A DNA stretch of 63,962 nt, counting the filler, from Stramenopiles sp. TOSAG23-2 (Eukaryota), in NCBI GenBank assembly GCA_900128395.1. It is 5 parts of 5 records of this genome, joined end to end, with 100 filler letters (N's around TTAATTAATTAA, not from the genome) between each part and the next. Parts side by side here need not be neighbours in the genome. Positions count along the whole stretch, not along the records: positions 1 to 12,750 come from LT649836.1; positions 12,851 to 25,566 come from LT649837.1; 3 more parts are not named here. One strand, 5' to 3'. The position numbers and the translations under genes were made by a program. Positions 1 to 12,935 of the stretch are shown here, piece after piece; position 1 is the first letter of the stretch, and the number at the start of each line of letters is the position of its first letter. The notes under the pieces are model-generated. The model was given only the letters and a program-made list of their open reading frames with translations, was not told the origin of the DNA and did no database searches.

Positions 1-862
1 AAAAACACTGGTAAAATTTGTCACAAAAATTATATTTTAAAAATACTTAATATTATATGTCATAACTATTAAAACTATATATAAATTTAAGGAATAGCAT
101 CAGAATAGCACAGACTATAAAATCATACAGATTCATACGAAAATCTTAAAAAAAATCATAAATTTAGTTAAACAAATTCAGAAGCGGTGTAAATGGAGCG
201 TTTACTTCACCGAACGCTGTTCCCAACAGAGAATCCATCGACATTGACCGTTCACCCATAGATTCAGTACGTTCGTCTGCGTTAGTGAGCTCCCTTAGAA
301 AATCGATGGAATTTTCTTGATGGTTCTGATCAGTCTGTACCAGTGTTGTTGCAGCACCAATATATCGTCCATTTTTCGAAAGTATAATAGTTACATAGTT
401 CACTCGTTTGTATCTAATCAATTTACATGTCAGCATCAATAAATTGATCAGAGAAAATGCACTTTGAACTTTATTAAACATATTATAAAAGTTTCCATAG
501 GAATGTTCAAGCTCTTTACACATGTAAACTAAGCAACATGCATAACTAGGAGCATTTTGATCAACAATAACGTAGTTATGTTGTGGAAATTCCAAGTGTA
601 ACAGAATGATGCTAGTCTTATAACTGTATAGCATTGTAATTACCTTATTGTTTTGTCCATTGCGTCGTCACACAATTTTTTTCATTTATTCTATCATTCT
701 ATCGTCAATAGTACGATGGTGGCAGATGTTCGATTACAGGTGTATAAAATTGATGGCGTCGAAATTCTTTATTTGTATGTTCTAATCACTAAAAGCAAAG
801 ATAAATTTCCAAAAATGCAATTTGTAAATCAAACATGCACACATGTAACGCAAGTAACTTGT

Positions 863-1083
863 GGTGAAGGACAATTTTGGAAAACGATGCTGCTTAAGCG
901 TGCAAAGAATAATATCTGAATTTTCGGCATAGAAGATTAAATTGGAAAACGATGCTGCTTATAAGGGCATAGCACTACCTGGAAGTGCTACGTGCTTAAA
1001 ATATGCGCTTAGACCCAATAATATCCGAATTTCGGTATAGATTAAGGTGAATGACAATTTTGGAAAACCGATGCTTTAGCTTA
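863..1083. repeat. Degenerate direct-repeat cluster (TTGGAAAACGATGCT-like x3; AATAATATCYGAATTT x2)
   Basis: ttggaaaac(c)gatgct at ~877, ~942 and ~1060; ggtgaaKgacaattttggaaaac at ~863 and ~1046; aataatatcYgaattt(t)cggYatag at ~908 and ~1017. Confidence 0.7.
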
Positions 1084-1087
1084 CTCG

Positions 1088-2673
1088 GCTGAGGTATGTA
1101 GAGATGTTGCTGTGTCCATGCTAAACCTGGCGAATCATCTCAATTCATACTCTAACAAGTCCTATGATATAAATATTTTCAAGCCTATTACAGCGTAAAA
1201 GTAATAAATGTTAAAAAAAAATATTTTCATGAAGAAACCGGATGTTTGGCTTGGTCTTTTTTTACCTTTTAGCATTTTGGGAATTATCCAAAATTATTAC
1301 AAGCAAGGTTGCCAATGGATACTAGAATATCCATGTCATAGTATGGAAATAGCATTGTGAGAGTTTACACACACTTTTATTGTGCAATTGCAATATATAT
1401 ATATATATTTATGCATATGAAAATCTCACTCGTAAATTTATACATAGACGTTTTGTTTTATACCTTTTAAAGTTATATCATTAATATAAAAGTAAATTTA
1501 TTCAAATTTGTGAGAGTTTACACACACTTTTATTGTGCAATTGCAATATATATATATATATTTATGCATATGAAAATCTCACTCGTAAATTTATACATAG
1601 ACGTTTTGTTTTATACCTTTTAAAGTTATATCGTATACCTTGCACCGGTTGTTTCAATTTACAGCTATTCTTAATAGCTGTGAAAAAAGTTAAGCGGTGC
1701 AATATATACGACATAACTTTAGAAACTGCATAGAATAAAAAAATTGTAAATTATCGTTAAAATAAACCAGTCTTATTAGTACCAAAGCAACGTTTACAGT
1801 AGGACCACATGTACTTGTCAGATGTCAACATAGAACAGTAGAAGGATGAGAATCATTACATGATGGAAACATTGTGTCCATTGGGTGTTATTAGAGGAAA
1901 TAGAAAGCGCCTAGAAAAAGAAATAGAATAAAATGCAAAGTTTTGATTTTATAGTTATAATGAATGCCATGTTAATATGCAAAGAATGTGTGTGATATAT
2001 ACACAGGGAACTTTGCACATTTTAAACGTAACATGAACTGGTTGTAAAAATTCAATATCTTTATAAATTTTGGTTTAAATGTCAATTTTATATGCAACTA
2101 TCGACTATTTGATCCAATAAATAACAAAAAACTGAAAATTATAGTCTAGTAATGCATATTTCATTTTAAATTTGGTACATTTACTTCCATTTAGTTGCAT
2201 TTTGGATGTATTATTGCACCTAATTTTAACGAATATTTCTTCTTTTTCATTTTTGTTTCACAATTGTATATATTGTTATGATTGGATGTTTATTTATTGA
2301 GATAATAATGTATTTGATGTTGATTGTGTTTTAAAAATATGTTTAGATAATATAATTATCAATTTTATAATATATTATAAATATCTTTGTATTTAATATT
2401 TTCATTTAAAATAATATCTTTTTCCATTTGATGTATCAATTTCATCAAAATACTTCTATAACTTGTGCAATTCTAACATAAATTTGCATCATTTATTTAG
2501 TGCCGGAGGAAGCAAAAATACACAAATTATAAGGTGAAATGATGAAATATCACATTACGATGTAATAGGCCAATAGGCCTGAAAATATTTATATGATAGG
2601 ACTTGTTAGAGTATGAATTGTGATGGTTCGCCAAATTTAGCATGGACACAGCAGGATCTCTACATACCTCAGC
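1088..2673. mobile_element. Candidate non-autonomous DNA transposon remnant bounded by 102-bp inverted repeats
   Basis: 1088-1189 matches the reverse complement of 2572-2673 at 94/102 positions by manual alignment. No intact ORF inside; no target-site duplication found. Confidence 0.5.
1355..1632. repeat. Two identical 125-bp direct repeats with a 28-bp spacer
   Basis: 1355-1479 = 1508-1632 (period 153). Confidence 0.9.
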
Positions 2674-2965
2674 AGACTCTTTCTTTCGAAAGAGTCTGAC
2701 GACGCAGACTAAAATCTGCACATCTGATGGATATCTGGAAATCTGGAAATCTAAACCGCGTGCGAAAGTCCGTGTAGCCGATGCTCTGTCCATGCTATAT
2801 TTTATTACCTTAAAACAAAATCATTAGAACAAGTCTTCTGTTAATGTGTGTACTTGTGTAAAGTCTATTTAGGGTAAGGTATAGTATACATCAATGATGA
2901 TGATGGGCGGCAATTTTTTTTGTGGAGTTTTTTTGTTTATTCAATTTAAATTTTTATATAAATAG

Positions 2966-3213
2966 AATAAATAAGTTTAATGGAAAGATGGGAGAGGGTG
3001 GATATATCATTTCATAAATCATAAGTATATTTCATTGATTGATTGGACGTGTGTTTATTTCATTTATTCATTTTGTGTGTGTGTGAGAAATAAATAAGTT
3101 TAATGGAAAGATGGGAGAGGGTGGATATATCATTTCATAAATCATAAGTATATTTCATTGATTGATTGGACGTGTGTTTATTTCATTTATTCATTTTGTG
3201 TGTGTGTGAGAAA
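2966..3213. repeat. Perfect 123-bp tandem duplication (probable assembly artefact)
   Basis: 2966-3088 repeated at 3089-3211. Confidence 0.9.
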
Positions 3214-3395
3214 GAATCGTTTCCTTATTGTGTGAAATATATATATATTTGGTATAGCAATCTTTTATTTTTATTATTATTATTATTTTCAAAAGGATTA
3301 TTATAATAATTATCAATATATATTTGGTTTTAAATAAAGAATATATATATATACAACGTATCAACTTATAATATACATATACATATAAATAAACA

Positions 3396-4334
3396 ATGTA
3401 TAAAAAACGTGCAGGAAAACCGAATGCGCATGTAGATGCCATTTATAGTGTAGATTGGACGCCATATGGAGATATTATTACTGGTTCATTAGATGAAACA
3501 GTACGTATATGGAATCATACACATACATTAGGGGATGATGATTCTGGTGGTCATGGTAAAGATACACTTGTAGAGAAAAAATGTTTTGAAGGTCATGAAC
3601 TTGGTGTAGTTTCAGCAAAAGTGCATAAAGATGGAAAAATATTAGCAGCAAGTAGTTTGGATAGTCATATACGTTTATATGATATGGAAACTGGTAATTT
3701 AAGTCAATCATTAGATGCTGGCCCAATTGAATCTTGGTCCATTTCATTTCATCCAACGGAACATTATTTAGCAACTGGTGGTTTTGAAGGAAAAGTAAAT
3801 ATATGGGATTGTGAAAAAGCACAAGTTACAAATACATTAACAGTAGATAATGGAACATTTGCATTAAGTGTACAATATGCACCATCTGGTAATAAACTTG
3901 GTGTTGGTTGTCAAAGTGGCACCGTAGCAATTTTTGATACATCTGCAAAGGAACATGGTAAAGTATTGCAAAAATATGATGATTTAAAAAAATCAGTACG
4001 TTGTGTTGAATTTGATAAAGAAGGTTCATTATTATTTGCTGCATGTGATGATTGTAATATTAATATGTATGATGTACGTAAAGCAAAACCAATTGCAACA
4101 TTAACAAGTCATACGGCATGGGTGTTAAGTGTTGCATCTAGTCCAGATGGTAAACATTTTGCAAGTAGTTCCACTGATAAAACGGTGAAAATATGGGATA
4201 TTGGATTGAGAAAATATATTCATTCATTTGAAAATCATAGTGATCAAGTCTGGGATATTGCATATGCTAGTGATGGTAGACATTTAGTATCTGTTGGGGA
4301 AGATTCTGCATTGAATTTGTATGAGGTGTTGTGA
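3396..4334 (+). CDS. WDR61: WD40-repeat protein WDR61/SKI8 (SKI and PAF1 complex subunit)
   Basis: 312 aa of WD40 repeats. AHVDAIYSVDW, ITGSLDETVRIW, EGHELGVVS, AASSLDSHIRLYD, DAGPIESW, HTAWVLSVA and HSDQVW are colinear with WDR61. Confidence 0.92.
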   Translation: MYKKRAGKPNAHVDAIYSVDWTPYGDIITGSLDETVRIWNHTHTLGDDDSGGHGKDTLVEKKCFEGHELGVVSAKVHKDGKILAASSLDSHIRLYDMETGNLSQSLDAGPIESWSISFHPTEHYLATGGFEGKVNIWDCEKAQVTNTLTVDNGTFALSVQYAPSGNKLGVGCQSGTVAIFDTSAKEHGKVLQKYDDLKKSVRCVEFDKEGSLLFAACDDCNINMYDVRKAKPIATLTSHTAWVLSVASSPDGKHFASSSTDKTVKIWDIGLRKYIHSFENHSDQVWDIAYASDGRHLVSVGEDSALNLYEVL

Positions 4335-4668
4335 AAGGTTTTAAAGAGAGAGTGTGTGGTGCAAGGTTTTGATGGGACGTGTGTGTGCCATTTGAAATAT
4401 ACAAGGCGAATCTTTACTTTATGTGTGAGTAATACAGAAAATTACCCAGATTTAGTTTCTATTTTTTCCTCCCATGATTTCGACAAAATACCAAGAAGAC
4501 GTAAATTAAAGATAACATATATTTCTACATTTCAATTTTCTATAGGCTAATTCTAAGTTCTGTTTTTGACAAAGAATAAGAAAACCAAACTGATAGTATC
4601 TATTCCACAGTATATATAATAATATATATAATAAGTTGAATTAATATATAAATATATTTCATGACAAA

Positions 4669-5851
4669 ATGCTCTCTGTCCAATGTACCAAGTATGATGA
4701 ATCTCCTTTAAATGCGGTAAAAGTTAATACCGTGCCGAGAATCAATATTAAAACGCCAAGACCAGACAACATCATTGTACAAACATATGTATGTCCACTT
4801 GATTTTGTACAATTATTGTTAATCCAACGTAAATACCAAGTACGGGCCGAACCGCCTTTTGCTCTCGGCGCTGAAACTATTGGAAGAATAGTAGCAATTG
4901 GGAATAATGTTGATCCAACCAGATATAAAATTGGTCAAATGGTAAATGCTGGACCAACTGATGCAGATGGAAATGCATGGTCTAATTACGGAGGATTTAG
5001 CGAATATGTCGAGTGTGAAGGAAGATCAGCTATTATTTACCCTGATGATATGGATCCATGTTTATTTCCAAGTCCATATGGCTACTATACAGGAATGCAT
5101 GCGTTGGAAGACCGTGCACAAATAAAAAAAGGAGAAACTTTGCTAATTTTAGGAGCTAGTGGAGGTGTAGGTGTCGCTGCAATTGAATTAGGAAAGTTAT
5201 ACGGTGTCACAGTCATCGCTGCTGCATCGTCAGATGAAAAGTTACAAACGTGCAAGAAGTTAGGTGCTGATTATTTAATTAATTATGAAAAAGAAAATTT
5301 AAAAACGAGATGTAGGGAAATTACAAATGGTAAAGGTGTTGATGTCGTCTATGATCCAGTTGGAGATAAATATGCAGAGCCAGCGGTACGTGCATTGGCA
5401 TGGAAAGGAAGATATGTGACTATTGGATATGCTGGTGGTGATATTCCAAAAATTGCATTGAATCTTTTATTGTTAAAAGAGGCAAGTATATTAGGTTCCA
5501 TGGCTGCTGAATATATTAAACATGAAGAAGATACTGCTTTGGAATTAAGAAGAAAATTTGGAGCATTAGTCCATAAAGGAGATGTATTTAGTGAACCAAA
5601 ACCTATTAGTGTTTACAAAGTAACAGAAGCGGCAAAGGCATTGAATTTATTTAATCAAAGACAGGTTCAAGGAAAGGTAATGCTAGTTATGCCTATTTAT
5701 GAGGAAGAGTATGGGTTTGTAAACAGAAGCGGCAAAGGCATTGAATTTATTTAATCAAAGACAGGTTCAAGGAAAGGTAATGCTAGTTATGCCTATTTAT
5801 GAGGAAGAGTATGGGTTTGTAAATCAAAGGGTTTCCGAAGCGAAATTGTAA
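4669..5851 (+). CDS. NADPH:quinone oxidoreductase (MDR/zeta-crystallin-like family); true C-terminus probably ...GFVNQRVSEAKL
   Basis: PPFALGAE, GGFSEY, LILGASGGVGVAAIELGK and GKGVDVVYDPVG motifs. As assembled the ORF stops at 5754; removing one copy of the 100-bp duplication (5622-5823) restores the frame to TAA at 5849-5851. Confidence 0.88.
5622..5823. repeat. Perfect 100-bp tandem duplication frameshifting the oxidoreductase 3' end
   Basis: 5622-5721 = 5722-5821. Confidence 0.9.
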
Positions 5852-6301
5852 AAAGAGTGGGATTAAATAACAATATTTTACGTATCATATTTCATATCAT
5901 TACTTGTGGTTCGTTTTATATTTTTTTTTACGGCTCGTATATTTTACTTCGTATATTTTAAAAAAATACCAGTATATTCATACCGCATATGTCATACGTA
6001 ATTATTATTTGTGTGACATATCATACGATTCGTAGATAATAGATATATGATACGGCTCGTAATTAACATTGGCTCAAACACTAAGGCATATTATTCTTTT
6101 GAGAGTGTATGATATATGCACGTAGGAATTGTCATTGGTAGAAATAAAAAATCAAAATACGCGTACTTTATTATTCTATCTCCATGTGAGATGCACCTTT
6201 TCGTATTACGCTTCTTCGTACGAAGGAGTTGTTGTTGAAGTGAGAGGTTTTTAAATATAAATTATACGACTTCGTACATATCATATCATATTTGTCACTT
6301 C

Positions 6302-9300
6302 TCACACCGCACGACTAGATCCATTTGTAGTTGGTGGTTTCATAAGCGTCTTCAAATTGCTACCATCTCTTTGGCGAGTTTTTTTACCATATTTGTAAGC
6401 AGCAGTTTCAGCTTCCATTTTTTTTGCTTCTTGTGCAGCGTTTTCATCATCTGTCTTATATGAGAACGTGAAAGTACATCGTGTCTCCCCAATCCTTCTC
6501 CGTCGTTGTCTTTCCCATTTAAAGTTCTTTGGATTATCACGTTCCAACAGCTCCCAGTCCACATCTTCATATTTTGGTTGCCATAACCAACGAAGGGTAC
6601 TGTTATGATGAAACACATTACTAACATTCGATTTGGGAATTTCTGGTTCCCGAAGTATTTCGCTATTTGTATCCCACCTTTTGTCCAAGTTAAAGTCAGC
6701 TTGGGAATAAAGGAAAGGCTCCCCATCTTTATTAAAAAACGTCGATTTGTTGTAACACATGAGACAAACTTGGTAACCGGTTTGAAAGTGAACATAGCAT
6801 GGATCTTTATCCCACTTTGATAAACATATATATTGCTCATTGTGGCAATTGTCATGCTCATCCACTGATTCAAATTCAGCTTTTCTATTTTTCTTTTTTT
6901 GTGTTCTCGTCTGGGGTGCTTCCTCCAATTCAGCAAGTTCCTCTCTCAACATAATCATTAAGGCCTCTAAGCTATCAACGTCCTCTTTTCCAAACATAGC
7001 GACCAATAATGCTACAACATCATTTGGACTTTTGAAACCTTTACTAGTATAAACCTTTTCGTCTTTTATCTTCCAATCATTAGTATTTATGTTGCTAAGA
7101 CCGGTTGACAATGTATCACGTATAATTTTTAAGTTTGCATTGTCTCGATGCGCTAAAAATTTTGCTTGTATCTTTCCAACATTGAATACAACTTGGCATT
7201 TTAAATGGGCATTATATTTGAATTTGATAAAACCTATAATTTGGTATATACTCATTTTTTTCTGTAAATCTAATTTCTCATCTTTTGTTGATATCGATTG
7301 TTTCAATATGTTTTTATTGCCATCTTTATCAACATCTGCCATTTCAGTAATAAATCTGTCACCGTCTTTCACATTTGTAATAGTAATGTTGCTATTCCCT
7401 CCACTTCGATCCATGATTTTTCTACCCGCATCAGTCAATGTCTTTCCTGGAGTATTTATTTCCAATTTAACTAGATTCGTATGATTGCTGTTGCTTGTTG
7501 AAGCATACATACGTTTTACTTCACTTCCCCTGACTACCGCGGGTAGTACAGACATCGCACTACATTTAGTACACATTGGGAAGCCTATTTTTTGAAACCA
7601 AGCTTCACTTGGCGCCGTTAATCCAAAATTATTAGTTTTGACATAAGTTACAACCCAAATACGTTTTTCCATTTTGATATCAAAGTGTTCTCCTATCGTT
7701 AATTTTAACGTAGTCCTTTTCATTTTGAAAAGTTTGTCGCATATGCGATCATTTTCTGGATAAACCAATTCATAAGTGAATTTCTTTGGCAATTTTTGAT
7801 ACATAATTTCACCGCTAACGGCTTTTATCCGCATCTCGTTTGCTTTAGTTTTATTTGCCTCCCATTCTTTTTTACTAGCATCCTTCATAGTGCATACCAT
7901 GACATTAACTTCTTCTTTTACATACGAAACGTCATCACTCATACCTAACTGTTTCCAATTTTGGTAATCTGTATTTGTGCCAAGTAAAAACCTTGCATGA
8001 CAAGTACTTCGCTTTTTTCTTTCATTTTCTCTACAAAAGGATTTTCCAGTATTTTTCAACATATTATTTAATGATTTATATGTAGGATTAAATACTGGGA
8101 ACATTGACCTAGAAGTTTCTTCATTTTGACAAGCGGCTCGATAACAATATACACCACAAAGCTTTATCATTGGCTCGAGTTTCAAAGCATTTTTGTTCAT
8201 CATTGGCGAACATTTCGATAATGCGGCTTTCTTTTTGACAGACGTATGAGCATCCTTCATTTCGTTATGTTTATCGCGGACTGCGTTTTTTTTTCTTGTC
8301 TCTTCTCTTTTTTTTCGCCTTTCCTCTTTCTTTTCTTCTTCTTCCATTCTTCTTCTCTCTGCAGCTTCTTCTTTTGCAATTTTTCTTTCTTCTGCAGCTT
8401 TTTCTTTTGCAATTTTTCTTTCTTCTGCAGCTTTTTCCTTTGTAATTTTCCTTGTTGCCTCTTTTTTTTCGCTTCTTACTTTTTTCGATCTTCTTCTTGT
8501 TAATGCATTATTACTTTCGCCAAATTTTGGTGCATTAAAACCACCAGAAATAACAGACAAAGGTCGTTTTCTATCAGTTTTTTCTTTCTTATGCATGTTT
8601 TTCTTCGTAGTATTGGTGATATGATCTTGGGCAGTTGAGCGTCTTGTGTTGATGCTACCTTGTATCGTTGTGGTAGTTGTAGTAGTTGTGACAGTAATAT
8701 CTTGCTGGTTATCATCTACATCCAGATTCTCCGATGATATAAATGAAACTTGGTCTTCTTCGCCACCAGGTTCTTTATTATTATCACTACTACTAATCTT
8801 TTTATCTTTACTTTCCTCTGAACTATAGTCTACATCAACTTCCATATCACCCGATGACACATATGAACTTTCATCTTCGTTATTTGGGCGATCGTTATGA
8901 TCATCATCGCTATTTTTTTCATTTTTTCCAAAAGCACTCTCATTTCCTGATATCTCATCTATGTCCATATAACTAATCTTGTTTGTGTCCAATCTTTCGT
9001 TCATTTCTGCATTGCGCTCCCTTCCAACTTGTTCTTGCGCATGTTGGATTGTTGTATTTTTTTTGTGATGTTCTGAATTATACTCATTGTCATCATTGCC
9101 ATCAAAATCAGTTTCAGACAAATCAGCATCCATATCACCTGATACCACATCTGACATTTGATCTTCTTCTTCTTCTTCAGCGTGTGAATACCGATTTTCT
9201 TCATCTTCACTAGAACTGTCATCATCTTCAGTATAATCGCCATCTTCATCTGTTTGCTCATCCTCAGAAATAACAATTGGATCGAAAAAAATATTATCAA

Positions 9301-12300
9301 ATCCATCATCTGCTACTTTCCCCAAATCAAATGCACCTATATCACCGTAAATCTTAGCGAAAGACATTGTAAATGTTGTAGTTGGGGAACCTGTGTTTTC
9401 TTGTTCAGCTAAAAAGCGTTGAATGGCATCTTCATTTACATTGGCATACTTTGGATCATTTAAAAACTGTCTTAAAATTTCAAGTGTTGCTTTTCGAAAT
9501 CGTCCACGTAATTGTGGTATTCTATGTGTGCCTCCTAGTTTTGCATTTTTGCTAATTGAGCCTTGAAAGAATATCCTCCTTACAAGTTCAGAATGGAATC
9601 CAGCCCCAAGCTTGTCTATGATGAAAATAATATCGATTTCTCCAGCTTGTGCTAGACGAATAAATTCGTCATCACCCTGCACGCGTTTAGTATCTCCATT
9701 TGGCATGTAAATTAAAAGAGCTTCATCACTAGTATGTTTGGCATAACTCAATCCATTTCTCCCCATATATTCTTTTAAATTGTCTATACATGTATCGATA
9801 TATGACTTATTACTTAGTCGTATCAGCGATTGAAATGGTAAGCCGCCATATTCATTGCGTAATTTAATTAATTCATGAATTTCACCTTTAACATTATTTG
9901 TTAAGTTGTCCAAATTTAATAAGGTTACTTTCTCTTTAGGCCCATCGCCGACTTTTCTATAGTTTTCCAGTTCAACAACGGTTGTCTCTGGCACTATTTT
10001 CATATTCACCAATTCACTACGTGTTACTTCATGTATTATTTGCCGGTCTATATAATCACCATTATTTAATTTGTATCTTCTTTTACACGTTGCTGTGAAT
10101 TCATATCTTATTTTGGCCCCATGGAGCTCTGCGGCTATGATGCGATTAACTGGTATAGCCTTACTGTTCCATTCCTCTGCATTTACAGTTGTAAATCCAT
10201 GATTACCTGCATGCATATCATCCATGCAAACCATTCCGTATTCTTGACCAATAAAGCACGGTCCAAAAGTGTGTGCATTATTTTCATCATCATCATTATT
10301 TTCGCAATGGAAGCATTTTTTTCGTTTGTTGCAATCTTTATGGGGGCAGAATGTGCAAGCAAAAATTGCATTTTCATTCTCTCCTTTCGAACTCCTTTGG
10401 ATATAAAATGTATTTATAATGTCAATCATAGGACATTTACTTAGAAACATTTCTGTGGTGCAAACATCTTTTCCGTCGTCATAAAATGTTGGCTCATGAC
10501 CCTTTTGATTTATATATCTCGAAAATTTATATACCAAGTAATATGTAGACACTTTCGCATATGTTTGGTCATTCATATTTTTTGTAAATCCACCATCAAA
10601 TGAATTTGTATCAGTTTGATCTTTGCAAAATTCAGGATAAAAATTGTCATTATAATCAACAACTTCACGCGAATCATTAACTTTTACCCAAAAGTTCCGT
10701 TTTAATCCTGGTACCAATTTTATCAAAAGTTTTGCTTCCTTGTGTAAATATGTACACTGATCTATATCTTCATCGGTTAATGCACAACCACTTTCAAGAT
10801 CTAATAAACATTTCATTTGTTGTTGTGAAAGAAAATGTTCATCTACAGCTTGATTATCTGAAAAGATATCTTTTTCATTTCTGGACGATGGGTCATTTAC
10901 ATCACACAATGGGTCCTTATATCCACGAAAAGCAAATCCCATTTGTGATAATCCTGATCCAGGCGATGTAATTAAACTCCTTGTAGATTCCCAATTTGGA
11001 GAATTACTATTAAGAGTAGATTTATCGAAAACATCCCCAATCCATGCTGATGGAAATAACGGAATTACACACTCTTGGATGCTCTTCCCTGATGATGTTG
11101 CATGCTTAATTACAGGAGAATTTGGAATTTCTAAGTGCTGTCCATGCCAGCCATCTAGTTTTTGTTGTCGAATATTTTCAAAGTCAATTTGTTTGACATT
11201 GCCATTTGCATCTGTGTATGTTTGCGTTATATGGCTTGCAAATACGGCCTTTTGATACGAGCGTATTAAATTCGTTGCTAATGGAAAGGTGCTAGCATTT
11301 CCTGCATTATTACCTGGTGCTAAGCTTTCCAAGATCAAATGTTTTGATGTATCACTATCATTATTTCCAACACGAAATATCTCAGTCTTTAATTCCTCGT
11401 AAAAAGAGCAAAGCTTTTGCATTTTTCTTTTTCTTTCTGCAGAATAAAAATTGGTAAAACTTCTGCTTGCATCATCAATATCATTGTATATAATGCTTTC
11501 TGTAGATCCTTTGTCGTATTCAGGCGAATTTTGTATGCGACGATACATACCACCTGAAATATAACCACAAACTTGGAGAGTGTTTTCCATCGTAATATTA
11601 TGATCTAGTAACGTATGTTTGTCTTCTAATTGTTTACCAGCATAGAGTAATCGTTGTTTATTTGGTGGTATACCTTGCTTGTCCTGAATCTTTTCCTTGA
11701 CTTTGTGAATTGTACAATTTGGATTGACGTCAAGCGTCATGGTGTTACCCTCCCAATCTTTCACAAAAATGGGCATTGATTCAGACTGTTGAACTTTTCT
11801 TTTATGAACGTCTGTTTGGTTTTCCTCCAATTTCTCAAATACATCAAATACATCAATAGGCCAAACATTCTCTAATTGCATATCGGATATTTTGTTTTGA
11901 ACGTCCGAATCTATTTGACTTAGTGTATCTAAAACTTCCATATCAGAATCCATCTTTGGTACCGATACCTCCAAGATATCTTTGTTATTTGTATTAGTTT
12001 CCGTGTTTTTATTTTTTTTGGTAAAATTAACATAAAAAACAAAAAGTTTGTCCAATGCATTTACCAAAGGCAACGAACGGCGTCTACACCACCATCTACT
12101 ACATCTACGGAAACATTTTAAACTAGCTTCTTCTAAAGCTATAATTCCGGCTATTCTTTTGGCAGCACGTCTTTTGTTACGTCTAATACGTTTGTTTTGT
12201 CTACGTCTTTTGTTACGCTTACGACGTTTGTTTTGTTTACGTCTTTTCCTTGCTTTATTTATTAATTGACAGCAAACAATAGCCAAATTATCGGCATGTT

Positions 12301-12376
12301 CTTCTTCGCCATCTTCAAATCCAAACTTTACGTCAGGATTGTAATCGTCTGCGAAACCGTTCAAGTTTGGTTTCAC
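6302..12376 (-). CDS. Ubiquitin-fused divergent SF2 (restriction Res/HsdR-like) helicase with acidic and coiled-coil linker and possible AP2-like C-terminus
   Basis: 2024-codon ORF. 76-aa Ub-like unit at 11776-11549 ([10 protein letters not shown]...[18 protein letters not shown]...ISGG). Then HATSSGKS (motif I), VCMDDMH (II), FTATCKR (III), [13 protein letters not shown] (V), QLRGRFR (VI). Start codon uncertain: the ORF opens on GTG and the first ATG is ~140 codons in. Confidence 0.7.
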   Translation of the reverse strand: MKPNLNGFADDYNPDVKFGFEDGEEEHADNLAIVCCQLINKARKRRKQNKRRKRNKRRRQNKRIRRNKRRAAKRIAGIIALEEASLKCFRRCSRWWCRRRSLPLVNALDKLFVFYVNFTKKNKNTETNTNNKDILEVSVPKMDSDMEVLDTLSQIDSDVQNKISDMQLENVWPIDVFDVFEKLEENQTDVHKRKVQQSESMPIFVKDWEGNTMTLDVNPNCTIHKVKEKIQDKQGIPPNKQRLLYAGKQLEDKHTLLDHNITMENTLQVCGYISGGMYRRIQNSPEYDKGSTESIIYNDIDDASRSFTNFYSAERKRKMQKLCSFYEELKTEIFRVGNNDSDTSKHLILESLAPGNNAGNASTFPLATNLIRSYQKAVFASHITQTYTDANGNVKQIDFENIRQQKLDGWHGQHLEIPNSPVIKHATSSGKSIQECVIPLFPSAWIGDVFDKSTLNSNSPNWESTRSLITSPGSGLSQMGFAFRGYKDPLCDVNDPSSRNEKDIFSDNQAVDEHFLSQQQMKCLLDLESGCALTDEDIDQCTYLHKEAKLLIKLVPGLKRNFWVKVNDSREVVDYNDNFYPEFCKDQTDTNSFDGGFTKNMNDQTYAKVSTYYLVYKFSRYINQKGHEPTFYDDGKDVCTTEMFLSKCPMIDIINTFYIQRSSKGENENAIFACTFCPHKDCNKRKKCFHCENNDDDENNAHTFGPCFIGQEYGMVCMDDMHAGNHGFTTVNAEEWNSKAIPVNRIIAAELHGAKIRYEFTATCKRRYKLNNGDYIDRQIIHEVTRSELVNMKIVPETTVVELENYRKVGDGPKEKVTLLNLDNLTNNVKGEIHELIKLRNEYGGLPFQSLIRLSNKSYIDTCIDNLKEYMGRNGLSYAKHTSDEALLIYMPNGDTKRVQGDDEFIRLAQAGEIDIIFIIDKLGAGFHSELVRRIFFQGSISKNAKLGGTHRIPQLRGRFRKATLEILRQFLNDPKYANVNEDAIQRFLAEQENTGSPTTTFTMSFAKIYGDIGAFDLGKVADDGFDNIFFDPIVISEDEQTDEDGDYTEDDDSSSEDEENRYSHAEEEEEDQMSDVVSGDMDADLSETDFDGNDDNEYNSEHHKKNTTIQHAQEQVGRERNAEMNERLDTNKISYMDIDEISGNESAFGKNEKNSDDDHNDRPNNEDESSYVSSGDMEVDVDYSSEESKDKKISSSDNNKEPGGEEDQVSFISSENLDVDDNQQDITVTTTTTTTTIQGSINTRRSTAQDHITNTTKKNMHKKEKTDRKRPLSVISGGFNAPKFGESNNALTRRRSKKVRSEKKEATRKITKEKAAEERKIAKEKAAEERKIAKEEAAERRRMEEEEKKEERRKKREETRKKNAVRDKHNEMKDAHTSVKKKAALSKCSPMMNKNALKLEPMIKLCGVYCYRAACQNEETSRSMFPVFNPTYKSLNNMLKNTGKSFCRENERKKRSTCHARFLLGTNTDYQNWKQLGMSDDVSYVKEEVNVMVCTMKDASKKEWEANKTKANEMRIKAVSGEIMYQKLPKKFTYELVYPENDRICDKLFKMKRTTLKLTIGEHFDIKMEKRIWVVTYVKTNNFGLTAPSEAWFQKIGFPMCTKCSAMSVLPAVVRGSEVKRMYASTSNSNHTNLVKLEINTPGKTLTDAGRKIMDRSGGNSNITITNVKDGDRFITEMADVDKDGNKNILKQSISTKDEKLDLQKKMSIYQIIGFIKFKYNAHLKCQVVFNVGKIQAKFLAHRDNANLKIIRDTLSTGLSNINTNDWKIKDEKVYTSKGFKSPNDVVALLVAMFGKEDVDSLEALMIMLREELAELEEAPQTRTQKKKNRKAEFESVDEHDNCHNEQYICLSKWDKDPCYVHFQTGYQVCLMCYNKSTFFNKDGEPFLYSQADFNLDKRWDTNSEILREPEIPKSNVSNVFHHNSTLRWLWQPKYEDVDWELLERDNPKNFKWERQRRRRIGETRCTFTFSYKTDDENAAQEAKKMEAETAAYKYGKKTRQRDGSNLKTLMKPPTTNGSSRAV

Positions 12377-12750
12377 ATCTACATAATTATGCGATTGTAA
12401 TTTACGTCGGTTTTGTGTCGTACACGTTCAATATCATGTTGTTCAATATATATGTATATATAGTGTTTTGTTGCAAAGGTATGTTTAGTTGTTGTTAGTT
12501 TTTAGTTTAAGTTACTATATTATTTTTTTATTCTATTATTATGGGCGTATTTTACTATATAATATATATAAATATATATAGTATAAAAGTAGCCTATCAA
12601 AAAGTATACCATTCGTGATTTGCAATTTCAACTCATGCGAACATGCGAACATACTATCCTCTTAACGTGATTTCTAAATAGACTTATATAAGCCTATTTG
12701 TAGCAGGTAAATAGCATTAAAAAAATAAAAGTTATAAATTTTATAAAATT

Positions 12751-12850
12751 NNNNNNNNNNNNNNNNNNNNNNNNNNNNNNNNNNNNNNNNNNNNTTAATT
12801 AATTAANNNNNNNNNNNNNNNNNNNNNNNNNNNNNNNNNNNNNNNNNNNN
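12751..12850. other. Artificial contig linker
   Basis: 44 N + TTAATTAATTAA (stops in all six frames) + 44 N. Confidence 0.98.
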
Positions 12851-12935
12851 TTGTATTTTCTAAAGCCTTTATTTTTTTTTCATTATTATTTTCTTCGACT
12901 TTTTCGTTATTCATATCTGTTACAATTGTCGTCAT
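12851..12935 (-). CDS. 5' fragment of a hypothetical protein cut by the contig edge (MTTIVTDMNNEKVEENNNEKKNKGFRKY...)
   Basis: ATG at 12935 in an A-rich context like other genes here; frame stays open to the N-run. Confidence 0.5.

Noticed and set aside
164-919. 156-aa and 88-aa ORFs at the start of the window
   Set aside because: No recognisable domain; possibly decayed coding sequence but unsupported.
2673-2712. Helitron 3' end (hairpin then CTAA)
   Set aside because: CTRR is not followed by T, no 5' end or RepHel sequence was found; too weak to call.
6352-6936. 194-aa alternative-frame ORF inside the Ub-helicase
   Set aside because: Fully nested, no recognisable motif; treated as incidental.
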